Source of the DNA: Ktedonobacterales bacterium
GTDB taxonomy: Bacteria; Chloroflexota; Ktedonobacteria; Ktedonobacterales; JADMIN01
Assembly: GCA_030167145.1 (NCBI GenBank)
Contig: CP126532.1
Location: 2,400,001-2,432,000, forward strand
Length of the DNA: 32,000 bases
Reading direction: 5' to 3'
A program made the translations under genes and the position numbers. Shown piece by piece: positions 17,117 to 24,913 of the stretch. The notes under the pieces are model-generated. The model searched no databases, was not told the DNA's origin, and worked only from the letters and a program-made list of their open reading frames with translations. The stretch's first letter is position 1; each line of letters starts with the position of its first letter.

Positions 17117-17458
17117 TTACGCACCAGCAGCGTCAGCGGCGCGGGCGCGGGCCTTCGCAATCGCAGCGCGCAGCGCAGTCTCAGCATCCACGCCCAGGCT
17201 GTTGGCAAGGACGAGCACTGTGTAGAGCACGTCGCCGAGTTCTTCGTGGGCCGCCGCCAGGGTCTCGCTGGCCTTGATGCGCTTGGGGCCGTGGGCCTGA
17301 TTGACAGCGCGAGCTAGTTCGCCACACTCCTCGAAGAGACGCGCCAGGTTAGCGAGGGGCGGCCAGTAGCCGCCGAGCGCAAAGATTGTGGCGTCTACGT
17401 CGGCCTGCGCCTGGCGCAGCGGCAGTGAATCGGATGAAGAAGTTGTCTCTTCGGGCAT
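17117..17458 (-). CDS. MazG-like nucleotide pyrophosphohydrolase domain protein, 113 aa
   Basis: Paired acidic helix motifs EECGELARAV and HEELGDVLYTVLVLAN are typical of small all-helical MazG/NTP-PPase proteins. ATG 17458 is preferred; the ORF opens at 17641. Confidence 0.7.
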   Translation of the reverse strand: MPEETTSSSDSLPLRQAQADVDATIFALGGYWPPLANLARLFEECGELARAVNQAHGPKRIKASETLAAAHEELGDVLYTVLVLANSLGVDAETALRAAIAKARARAADAAGA

Positions 17459-17639
17459 GAAGATCCACGCTTTCTCAGTGCTGATGCGGGCAGACAGGAA
17501 TGTCCTCCCTACCGGAGTGTATAGCGACAGACTGCCGATTGACGCCGGCGCGTATGATATTTGTAGCTGGCGAAGCACTGATATGGCCTCTTTGCCATAC
17601 CCTCTCAACCACTGTAGGATCATGGAAAGGAACGAATTC

Positions 17640-18155
17640 ATGGCGCTTGATGCGCAGGAGACCCCAAAATATCCTCGCTATCTGACGATTGCCTGGGCGC
17701 TGTTGTTGGTGCTGGGCGCATTCTTCCTCTTTGCGGCGCTATCCGATCTCGTGGCCGATGCGCGGGTCGGGCTGCCGTCCGATCATCTGGGCGCGTTCCA
17801 GTCGGTTGCCGGGATGTCGTGGGCGGCGGCGCAGAAAGCATCACCGGGAATCACACGATATATCACGCTGCTGGAAATCGCCTATGCTGTGCATGAACTG
17901 GTATTCGGAATACTCTTTCTCGTCATCGTGGCGATTCCCTTCCGGCGCGGCGCACGGTGGGCGTGGTGGGCCTGCTGGGCGGTGATGCTAGCGAACATCA
18001 CGTATTCGCTGACCTTCGGGCGGCACGACCCGACGATTCTGGCGCGGAGTCTGGTCGCCGACATCGCGCTACCGGTGCTGCTGCTGATCCAGGCGCCAGC
18101 CTTCTTCGGCGCACGCGCACGCGCACGAGCAGCACAACCACGCAAACAGATTTAA
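17640..18155 (+). CDS. Integral membrane protein of unknown function
   Basis: About four hydrophobic segments: YLTIAWALLLVLGAFFLFAAL, LVFGILFLVIVAIPF, WAWWACWAVMLANITY and IALPVLLLIQAPAFF. ATG 17640 follows GAAAGGAA; ATG 17622 is an alternative start. Confidence 0.6.
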   Translation: MALDAQETPKYPRYLTIAWALLLVLGAFFLFAALSDLVADARVGLPSDHLGAFQSVAGMSWAAAQKASPGITRYITLLEIAYAVHELVFGILFLVIVAIPFRRGARWAWWACWAVMLANITYSLTFGRHDPTILARSLVADIALPVLLLIQAPAFFGARARARAAQPRKQI

Positions 18156-19966
18156 TAGACGAGAATCGGCGTGCCGATCTGCACCCAGTGATAGACCCAA
18201 TCGGCGTCGCTCAGCGGGAAGTTGATGCAACCGTGGGAGCCATTGTTGAACGAGATGGGGTCGTAGTGCGGCAGATTGGAGTATTTGCCGAACCAGGAGC
18301 GCCACCAGGCGTCGTGCAGGTAGTAGCCGTAATCAGAGTAGAGCATGGCCCACGTGATAGGCGTGGGTTCGTAGTAGTGTGGTGAGCCTTTGGGATAGGG
18401 CGAGATGAACTTGGTGTGGTCCATCATGTAAAAGACGCAGTGGATTCCGGGCGGTGTGGGCAGGTCGGGCGCGCCGGTGGTCACTTTGTTGGTGTGGACC
18501 AGCTTGCCGTTGTCGTAGATGCGCGCCTGCTGTTCGCTCAGCGAGACGATGACGACCTTGCCGCTAGCGATGCCATAGTGTTGCATCAGCGAGAGGTCGG
18601 TCTGATGTGGCTGGTTGGAGGGGGTTTTGTCGTTGAGGTTATCGAGCATGGCCTGGAGATTGGTGATGAACATCTGAATCTCCTGCTCCACCGCCTGATA
18701 ATCGTCCACCGTCTGTGCCTGTTGCAGCCGCTGCTGGGCGTCGCCGATGCCCGCCGCCGGATCGGAGTATTCGTAGGCGAGCGGGTAGCCAACGCCGTTC
18801 GCCGGATCAATCACCTTGATGGCCACACCCTTGTTGACGAGCGCTTGAAGCGTCTTGAAATCGTGCTGGGCCTGCGTGCGGATCAGCGGCAGCGCCATCG
18901 CCTTGATCTGCTGCTTCAGCGTCTGCACCAGCGCGGAGTAGTCGCTGACGGTTTTGGCGGCGCTGAGCGTTTGGGCGTCTTGCGTGGCCTGCTGCTGATA
19001 GGTGGCATCTGTGCCGCCGCTCTGCTGGTAGGTCTGGACGTTGTTCTGGAAGTTCTGCAACAGCGTATAGGCTTGCTGTGGCAGCACCGTGGTCGCGTCC
19101 GCTGTAAGCTGCGACACCTGCGCGTTCATCAGCGCGGTGAGCGCGGCGTATTGTTCGGCGGAACTGGCGGCGCGGAAGAGGGCCAGATTCTGCGCAGGCC
19201 ACTGCTGATAGCCATAGGTGGGCGAGGGCGTGCCGCTGCCAACGTTGACGATAGGGTCAGCCTCGAAGTACGACTCGTTGCTGCCGCGTGCGCAGTCCAG
19301 CGGTAGAGGGCCGGTGGTGTTCAGGCCGAGCGCCGCATTCTGCGCCTTCACCAGGGACTCGACGGTCTGCATCTGCTGATAGACGGGAACGATCTGGTTG
19401 ACGGCGGCGGTCTGCGCCTGCACGAAGCGGTCAAGCTGGAAGTAGTCTTTGGTGGTCGCGGCGGCGGGCAACTGCGTGAACTGCTGCTTCGCCTGCTGGA
19501 GCCGCTGCGCGAACTGATCGGCCTCGACGAAGCCCTGTTTCTGCACGCTTTGCAGCGCGGCGGTCAACTGCTGGATATCGGAGGAGGTCTGCGCCTTCGC
19601 TTGATCGGGCGTCATGCGCTCGATGGCGACAAGCTGATCGTAGAGGTGAGAATAGCCGCTCGCGGCAGCCTGAAAGCTCTGGTCGGATCCTTTGGCCGTG
19701 CTGGCGGCGAGGGCGGCTTCTTGAGTCTGGATGGGCAGCAGCAACGAATCGGGCACGAAGAGGTTGACCTGGGCGTTATGGATCTCTTTATCGAGTTTAG
19801 CTTTATTCTGCTGGGCCATCTGGTGCGCATCGGGGGCGCAGGCGCTGAGCAATAGATTCAGGGCGAAGATACCGAGGCTGAGAAGCGTGAGCAGACGTAG
19901 CCCACCACGCGCCCGGCGGTGATACGGCAGGCCGGAGTGACCATCCGCGTCGTTCGTATGTTCCAT
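18152..19966 (-). CDS. Lipoprotein L,D-transpeptidase (YkuD domain) with long Gln-rich N-terminal region
   Basis: The C-terminal YkuD catalytic domain ends ...NNGSHGCINFPLSD (His-Gly-Cys active site). A lipobox LLLSAC follows a hydrophobic signal. The start is ambiguous (ATG 19966 or 19981; the ORF opens at 20074). Confidence 0.85.
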   Translation of the reverse strand: MEHTNDADGHSGLPYHRRARGGLRLLTLLSLGIFALNLLLSACAPDAHQMAQQNKAKLDKEIHNAQVNLFVPDSLLLPIQTQEAALAASTAKGSDQSFQAAASGYSHLYDQLVAIERMTPDQAKAQTSSDIQQLTAALQSVQKQGFVEADQFAQRLQQAKQQFTQLPAAATTKDYFQLDRFVQAQTAAVNQIVPVYQQMQTVESLVKAQNAALGLNTTGPLPLDCARGSNESYFEADPIVNVGSGTPSPTYGYQQWPAQNLALFRAASSAEQYAALTALMNAQVSQLTADATTVLPQQAYTLLQNFQNNVQTYQQSGGTDATYQQQATQDAQTLSAAKTVSDYSALVQTLKQQIKAMALPLIRTQAQHDFKTLQALVNKGVAIKVIDPANGVGYPLAYEYSDPAAGIGDAQQRLQQAQTVDDYQAVEQEIQMFITNLQAMLDNLNDKTPSNQPHQTDLSLMQHYGIASGKVVIVSLSEQQARIYDNGKLVHTNKVTTGAPDLPTPPGIHCVFYMMDHTKFISPYPKGSPHYYEPTPITWAMLYSDYGYYLHDAWWRSWFGKYSNLPHYDPISFNNGSHGCINFPLSDADWVYHWVQIGTPILVY

Positions 19967-20189
19967 GCGTCCAGTTCCCATCTTCCCAGCGGCCCCGAAG
20001 CGCCGTCCGCTCCGCCCCCGCTCCTCCGTCAGCACACCCACTCTCGCACATCGCATGTGCATGCGACATACCACGATATACCACGTCTGTCAGGCGCTCG
20101 CGGTCACACCACCGGGCGGTTCCGGCCACGCCGACCGCGCCTTCTATCTATATACAGAGACGCGCTACAGTATCGAAGTACGATGACAT

Positions 20190-21434
20190 TTACGCCACGC
20201 GCTTCGTGCGTACAGGAATCTGTACGGGGTGAACTGCTGCACCCGCTATCCCCTTGCCTTGAAAGGCATCAGGGAGTACTTTGCGAATGGTGTTGTAGGA
20301 GCCGTTCACATCTGCGTTGATGTGCCGCCCATCCGCCGCTCGATACAGCCCACGCCGCACCCGCCGACCGCTGAAGGAAGGCGCAGACCGCGTGGCGTCC
20401 CGTGTGGCATCATAGATGGGCAAGGGGTCCGCATCAAGGAAGCTAGCCTTGCTGGTGTAGCTCTCCTCAGTGAGGCGTACCTGAATACCGACCAACTCCC
20501 CTTTGTAGGTGAGCATGTCAATGAAGCGCGCATGGGGAACGGCAACAAAGTTTTGATTGTTGCGCTTCCCCAGGTTGGCTTGCTGCTTCCAAAGTGGGTT
20601 CTTGCCGATGCACAGCGTCCCGATGCCCTCGGCCACCAGCAGATCAATGATGCGCCGACTGGCGGTGTGCAGGTAATGATCGATCTGCCGCGTTCGATGG
20701 GCCGTGAGCCTCTCCATCTGGCGCGTGGTACCAGTCGTGCCCAGCTTCTTTTGCAACTCCGCTCTGCGCTTGTTATAGAACTGGTTGATCGACTTCACGG
20801 GGCGCCCGTTAACGATGCGCGGAACAAAGCCCGCTTTGTTTGAGGTTAGCGCCGCGAGATTGTTGAGACCAATGTCTATCCCAGCGTAGAGCGATGGGTT
20901 GACCGCTGTGGGGACCGGCTCGCGCTCGTAGACGACTTCCATGACGTAGTAGCCCTTGCGGGGCACAATCCGCGCCTGCTTGACCATGGTTTGTCTGGTC
21001 GGAACACGGATGCCCAACTGCGATGGAATGACCTCACAGCGCCGTAGCCCGGTTGAGCTGATGGCTTGAATATCGTAGGTCAGCAGATTGCGGCCCTTCT
21101 GCTTGTCTTTGTAGCCCGGCAGCCGGGGCCGCCCGACAAACTTCGACGCGTCCGCTTTCCAGGCGTCCAGATCGGCAAAGAAGGCCCGCCAGTCGTGATC
21201 GAGTTGGCGCAGCACGTCATTGCTCACCTTACGCGGCAGGGCGCAGTAGGCTTCGTGGTCCTTGATGCGGTGGAAGACGGCCGCAAAGTTGAGGTAGACG
21301 CCCTCATGGATAAAGGACTGCCGTACGATGTAGTTGGCCGCGTTGTAGAGGTTCTTGGAGGCAAATGCGGCACGGTCGATGGCGGCAAAGCGCGGGTCGG
21401 TGACGCGGATGACGTGCTGTTCAACGAGTTGCAT
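20190..21434 (-). CDS. tnpB: TnpB-type RNA-guided endonuclease (IS200/IS605-IS607 accessory protein)
   Basis: N-terminus MQLVEQHVIRVTDPRFAAIDRAAFASKNLYNAANYIVRQ is typical of a TnpB subfamily. RuvC motifs are present: YAGIDIGLNN (D), RLTEESYTSK (E) and HINADVNGSYNTIRK (D). The segment between RuvC-II and RuvC-III has no cysteines (FSGRRVRRGLYRAADGR). The start overlaps the stop of the tnpA remnant by 14 nt. Confidence 0.92.
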   Translation of the reverse strand: MQLVEQHVIRVTDPRFAAIDRAAFASKNLYNAANYIVRQSFIHEGVYLNFAAVFHRIKDHEAYCALPRKVSNDVLRQLDHDWRAFFADLDAWKADASKFVGRPRLPGYKDKQKGRNLLTYDIQAISSTGLRRCEVIPSQLGIRVPTRQTMVKQARIVPRKGYYVMEVVYEREPVPTAVNPSLYAGIDIGLNNLAALTSNKAGFVPRIVNGRPVKSINQFYNKRRAELQKKLGTTGTTRQMERLTAHRTRQIDHYLHTASRRIIDLLVAEGIGTLCIGKNPLWKQQANLGKRNNQNFVAVPHARFIDMLTYKGELVGIQVRLTEESYTSKASFLDADPLPIYDATRDATRSAPSFSGRRVRRGLYRAADGRHINADVNGSYNTIRKVLPDAFQGKGIAGAAVHPVQIPVRTKRVA

Positions 21435-21600
21435 CGCCTGTGGCCTCCTCTCCGCGTAACTCAGCCGCAATGCGCTCCGTCTTGCGCTTTGCTCGGCGCT
21501 GGCCGTAGAGTCGAGCCGTGAACGAATAGACAATCGCCGCCAAATCGGCGATCAAGTTCTCTTTGTCGTTCTCGGCCAGATTCACGACCTCGGTGGTCAG
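21421..21600 (-). pseudogene. tnpA: Truncated IS607-type serine-recombinase transposase (C-terminal ~59 codons only)
   Basis: EVVNLAENDKENLIADLAAIVYSFTARLYGQRRAKRK aligns, from memory, with the C-terminus of IS607 TnpA (...EIIVINQ...ELVEDLISIIHVFSCRLYGLRKYKK). The upstream part of the ORF has no resolvase or HTH features, so the catalytic-Ser N-terminal domain is missing. Confidence 0.7.
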
Positions 21601-21779
21601 GAGGAGTATAGCACGGGCGAACTGGGGAAGAATGGGGAAGCATGACCATTTGCGCGGCACTATGCGCGGGTATGCGCACGCAAGTCGCCGAGACATGCCG
21701 CACGGGCGGCGCATCCGAATCAAGGACACGCCACCCGTGGGCGATTAGCGCGACTGGGACGCGCGTATGCAGGAGTTCG

Positions 21780-23735
21780 TTAACGCAGATTGTTGAGCCG
21801 CCGCTCGGCTTCATCCAGCGTGATGCTGCCGGAGCGCAACTGTTCGAGGATGTCGCGGCGCGCAGCCTCGGCGTCGTCTGCATTGGGCGCGGCGCTGGCC
21901 TGGGCGTCGGGGTCATCGTATTCGATGCGGACGCGCTGCGCGCCTGTGGGCCGTGAGCCGCTGGCGGACGAGTCGCCAGAGCCGCCGCTGGACTTGCCAG
22001 AACGCTGCCGATCCCAATCGCGCTTGGCGCTGGAGAACGCATCCTCCAGGTCGCCCATTGCCCGCTCGATGGTGTTGCGCACCTCGCGCCCGACGGATTC
22101 CCAATCGGTCTCGCGGATACGGCGCGCCGCGCGCTCAGCATACTCTTCGGCCTGCTCGGCGGCCTTGCGGGCTGCCCGCTGCGCCTTGTCGGCGAGATCG
22201 CCGAGCTTCTCCTCATATTCGCCATAGACGCGCGCACCGCGGCCCTTCTCCCAGTCTACGTTGAAGTCGCGTGAGGCCGCGCCCATGCCGTCGGGATCAT
22301 CCTCAGCGGTGAACGGACCCTTGAAATGCACGTGCGCCCGGCCGGGACCGCGATCCATACGCACGCGGAAGCGATGTCGCCCCAACGAGCCTTCCCAGGT
22401 GCGGCTATCCTGCTCGTCGCCATCTGTCGTTCCTGTGGCCTGCTGTTCGCGGGCATCGAAATCGTCGCTCATACCATTTGCCTCCCCATACCGATCATCA
22501 GTGGCGATGCGAATGTCGCCGCCACTCCGTAACGTCACTGTGGCCTCGCCACGGCCAATCACGCCGACCAGATTGCGCCGCCGTCCGCGCTCGACCGCCA
22601 GCGGCAGGCGGGTGCGAATCTCGCCGCCGTGGGTCTGCGCGACAAAACGGGCATTGACTTCGCCACGTACACGCAGCTCGATGTCGCCGCCGGTGGTGAT
22701 GGTGTACTCCGCTCCGGCGCCGAGCGGCGTATCCAGTTTGGCGTCGCCGCCGACCTGGCCCACATTGATGCCGCCTTCGGCGTTTTCGGCCATCAGGTCG
22801 CCACCAACCCGGCCCAGCCGGATGCGGCCGCTGGCTGAGCGAATTTCGGCGTCGCCGCCGACACTGGAAATCTCGACGACACCCGCCGCGTTCTCGATTC
22901 GCAGGTCGCCCCCGGCGCTGGCGAGGGTCACGAGGTTGATCGTGTCCAGTTCGACATCGCCGCCGACCGCCGTTGCGCGGAGACTGACGGTGGAGCGCAC
23001 CGCATGCAAATCGCCGCCGATAGAGCCAGCAAGGCTGACGCCGCCGCAGCGGTCGAGTTCCACACCGCCGCCAACGGATTCACGTAGATCGAGGCCAGGC
23101 ATATTGCGCGCATCCAGGTCGCCTGATACGTGGCCGATCAGCGGGGCTTCATCGTAGTCGCTGAGCTCCAGGTCGCCAGAGACCCCGCGCACGCTGAGGC
23201 TGCCACCGCCGCGCGCCTCGACATCGCCATTCACCTGGGTTAGCTCGGCGACGGCCACCTGCTCTAATTCGGCGTCGCCGCCCACGCGCTGCACCTGGAT
23301 GTAACCATCCAGATGCTCGACTCGCAGGTCGCCATAGACCTGGCGCACGCGCACATGCGCGCCATCCGGCACACGCAGTTCCACGCCGTCCGGCAGATGG
23401 CGGAAGCGCAACGTGCCACCGGCCTCCTCGACAACATCATCGTCGAGATCGTCGTCATCTACGCTGAGCAACACCTGCGCCGCGCCGCCCAGCACATGCA
23501 GGTCACCTTCGACGAGGTCAATCTCGATATGCCGCTCCGCGAACGGGGCCGCGGCGAGATCGTCGTCGGCCGGTGGCGCTGCGTCGTGCGGATGCTCCGA
23601 GTGTTGCGCATGTTCCGCATGCTCGCTGGCATCCACCGCGCCGGGCGCTGCGGCGTCCACTGCGGGCGTTGCCTCCTCGCCGGGTGGCGCGACCTCTTCA
23701 GAGGGCATACGAGTCTCGCCGTCTTCGGGTTCCAT
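21780..23735 (-). CDS. DUF4097-like beta-helix repeat protein, 651 aa
   Basis: A dozen or so tandem strands of the form (V/I)GGD(L/V/A)x(L/V/I), for example VGGDAELEQ, VSGDLELSD, IGGDLHAVR, VGGDVELDT, AGGDLRIEN, VGGDAEIRS, VGGDLMAEN, VGGDAKLDT and TGGDIELRV. The N-terminal segment is acidic and His-rich (EHAEHAQHSEHPHD). The C-terminal tail is charged and ends in SITLDEAERRLNNL. No signal peptide. AAAGGGAAA SD. Confidence 0.8.
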   Translation of the reverse strand: MEPEDGETRMPSEEVAPPGEEATPAVDAAAPGAVDASEHAEHAQHSEHPHDAAPPADDDLAAAPFAERHIEIDLVEGDLHVLGGAAQVLLSVDDDDLDDDVVEEAGGTLRFRHLPDGVELRVPDGAHVRVRQVYGDLRVEHLDGYIQVQRVGGDAELEQVAVAELTQVNGDVEARGGGSLSVRGVSGDLELSDYDEAPLIGHVSGDLDARNMPGLDLRESVGGGVELDRCGGVSLAGSIGGDLHAVRSTVSLRATAVGGDVELDTINLVTLASAGGDLRIENAAGVVEISSVGGDAEIRSASGRIRLGRVGGDLMAENAEGGINVGQVGGDAKLDTPLGAGAEYTITTGGDIELRVRGEVNARFVAQTHGGEIRTRLPLAVERGRRRNLVGVIGRGEATVTLRSGGDIRIATDDRYGEANGMSDDFDAREQQATGTTDGDEQDSRTWEGSLGRHRFRVRMDRGPGRAHVHFKGPFTAEDDPDGMGAASRDFNVDWEKGRGARVYGEYEEKLGDLADKAQRAARKAAEQAEEYAERAARRIRETDWESVGREVRNTIERAMGDLEDAFSSAKRDWDRQRSGKSSGGSGDSSASGSRPTGAQRVRIEYDDPDAQASAAPNADDAEAARRDILEQLRSGSITLDEAERRLNNLR

Positions 23736-23835
23736 AGTGTTTCCCTTTCTATCACCTGGAGCGAGCGGGTAACGCTTCTACAGGGCGGGCGTCCAGCGGG
23801 GTTTCAGCGGACGCCCCTACGAAATGATGGATATG

Positions 23836-24261
23836 TTAGACGCGCTGCTTCTCGCGCTCGGCGAGCCAGGTGAGCGCGAGGTAGCCGCCGTTCATATTGG
23901 CGCGCCAGTACATCAGGCCGATGGTGGGCATTTGGTCGTACTGGAGCAGATGCAGGCCAAATGTGGGGCGGACGCCAGAGAGCGCGGGAACCAGCCCCGG
24001 CGCGGCGGGCGCGAGCCGGTAGCCGCGAACGCCGCTGGTGGGCGCGAGGCCAGCGGTTGTGAGCACGGGGGCCGCATACGAGCGCTGCTTGAGTTTCAGA
24101 CCCCAGAGCAAGAGCAGATCGCCAAGGCGCGAGGCCAGCGCATCGTGTGGCGTGAGTGTCTGCGCGGTGGCCGCTCTGCGGAGCCGCTCGGTGGCGGCTT
24201 CGCAGAGCAGTGCGTTGCGGTGTGCATGCAGATGGTCGTCGAGAAGCACGGGATTCATCAT
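23836..24261 (-). CDS. Hypothetical protein, 141 aa (between the DUF2089 and DUF4097 genes)
   Basis: GGAAGGGA lies about 10 nt upstream of ATGATG 24261. It shares strand and spacing with the flanking operon genes. No motif was recognised, and the competing plus-strand 289-aa ORF is antisense to a domain-supported gene. Confidence 0.45.
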   Translation of the reverse strand: MMNPVLLDDHLHAHRNALLCEAATERLRRAATAQTLTPHDALASRLGDLLLLWGLKLKQRSYAAPVLTTAGLAPTSGVRGYRLAPAAPGLVPALSGVRPTFGLHLLQYDQMPTIGLMYWRANMNGGYLALTWLAEREKQRV

Positions 24262-24330
24262 GGTCGCGTGTCCCTTCCGCCAGATTGCCTTATGGCGGGC
24301 GTCTGCTGCCAGACGCCCTACGTCGTCTCG

Positions 24331-24810
24331 TTAGTCGTCGTCAGGTTCGCCCTGGAGCAGCCGGTGGGCCTCTTCGGTGGAGATGCGCCCGGCGGCAAGG
24401 TCAGCGAGAATCTCGCGCCGCGCCCGCCTACGTTCGGCGGGCGGCAATTCGTCTTCGGGCGCGAAGCCCATCGCTTCGAGCACACTGGCCAGGCGCGCTT
24501 TGACGGTGGGGTAGGAGATACCGAGCATGTCTTCGACATTCTTGATGACACCACGGCAGCGCAGAAAGGTCTCAACGAATTCGAGTTGCGTGGCGTTGAG
24601 GCGCGCCATCCGGCCAAAGCGCGACTCGTCGCCGCCGCGCCCGGCGAGGGGACCACTGCGCGTACCCGCACCCGCGCCCGCCGGAGCGGATGACGTGACG
24701 CGGAAAGCGCCTTCGAGCGCGCTACCGCACTGCTGGCAGCCGAGCCGGGTGACGATCATTGGTTCGCCGCAGACGGGGCAACGGCCATCCACGTCGTAGA
24801 GTTGTGCCAT
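24331..24810 (-). CDS. DUF2089-type zinc-ribbon + HTH protein
   Basis: N-terminal ribbon CPVCGEP...CQQCGS, then LNATQLEFVETFLRCRGVIKNVEDMLGISYPTVKARL, which is characteristic of DUF2089. C-terminal RISTEEAHRLLQG tail. Confidence 0.8.
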   Translation of the reverse strand: MAQLYDVDGRCPVCGEPMIVTRLGCQQCGSALEGAFRVTSSAPAGAGAGTRSGPLAGRGGDESRFGRMARLNATQLEFVETFLRCRGVIKNVEDMLGISYPTVKARLASVLEAMGFAPEDELPPAERRRARREILADLAAGRISTEEAHRLLQGEPDDD

Positions 24811-24884
24811 CGCCGGTCCGCCTTTCTTTGGCGCTAGCCGAGTGGTATCGGCTCATGGGCGGGTCTGCGCCCTATCTGCAAGAG

Positions 24885-24913
24885 ACTATACCAGGACACA
24901 TGAACAATGTCAA
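24885..24913 (-). promoter_or_regulatory. Near-consensus sigma70 promoter of the DUF2089 operon
   Basis: Minus strand: TTGACA (24913-24908), 17 nt spacer, TGgTATAGT (hexamer 24890-24885 with a TG extension). It sits about 75 nt upstream of ATG 24810. Confidence 0.6.

Larger units (their letters stand above)
20095..21610 (-). mobile_element. IS607-family element remnant (tnpA fragment plus tnpB); boundaries approximate
   Basis: Overlapping tnpA/tnpB arrangement, inserted between the 5' region of the L,D-transpeptidase gene and the 3' end of the DUF4097 gene. The left end appears deleted along with most of tnpA. Confidence 0.55.

Noticed and set aside
18152-20074. Full 640-aa reading of the L,D-transpeptidase ORF from the GTG at 20074
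   Set aside because: The first ~35 residues (MVCRMHMRCARVGVLTEERGRSGRRF...) are non-signal-like. They would also place the start inside the palindrome and direct-repeat region next to the TnpB element. An internal ATG (19966 or 19981) gives a normal lipoprotein signal peptide.
21461-22237. 258-aa minus-strand ORF bridging the tnpA remnant and the 3' end of the DUF4097 gene
   Set aside because: It is out of frame with both recognisable genes it overlaps, and its composition is a Pro/Arg/Ser/Ala smear. It is judged an artefact.
23824-24693. 289-aa plus-strand ORF
   Set aside because: It is antisense to the DUF2089 gene (clear zinc-ribbon and HTH motifs) and to the 141-aa operon ORF. Its composition is rich in Arg, Gly and Ala. 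It is judged an artefact.
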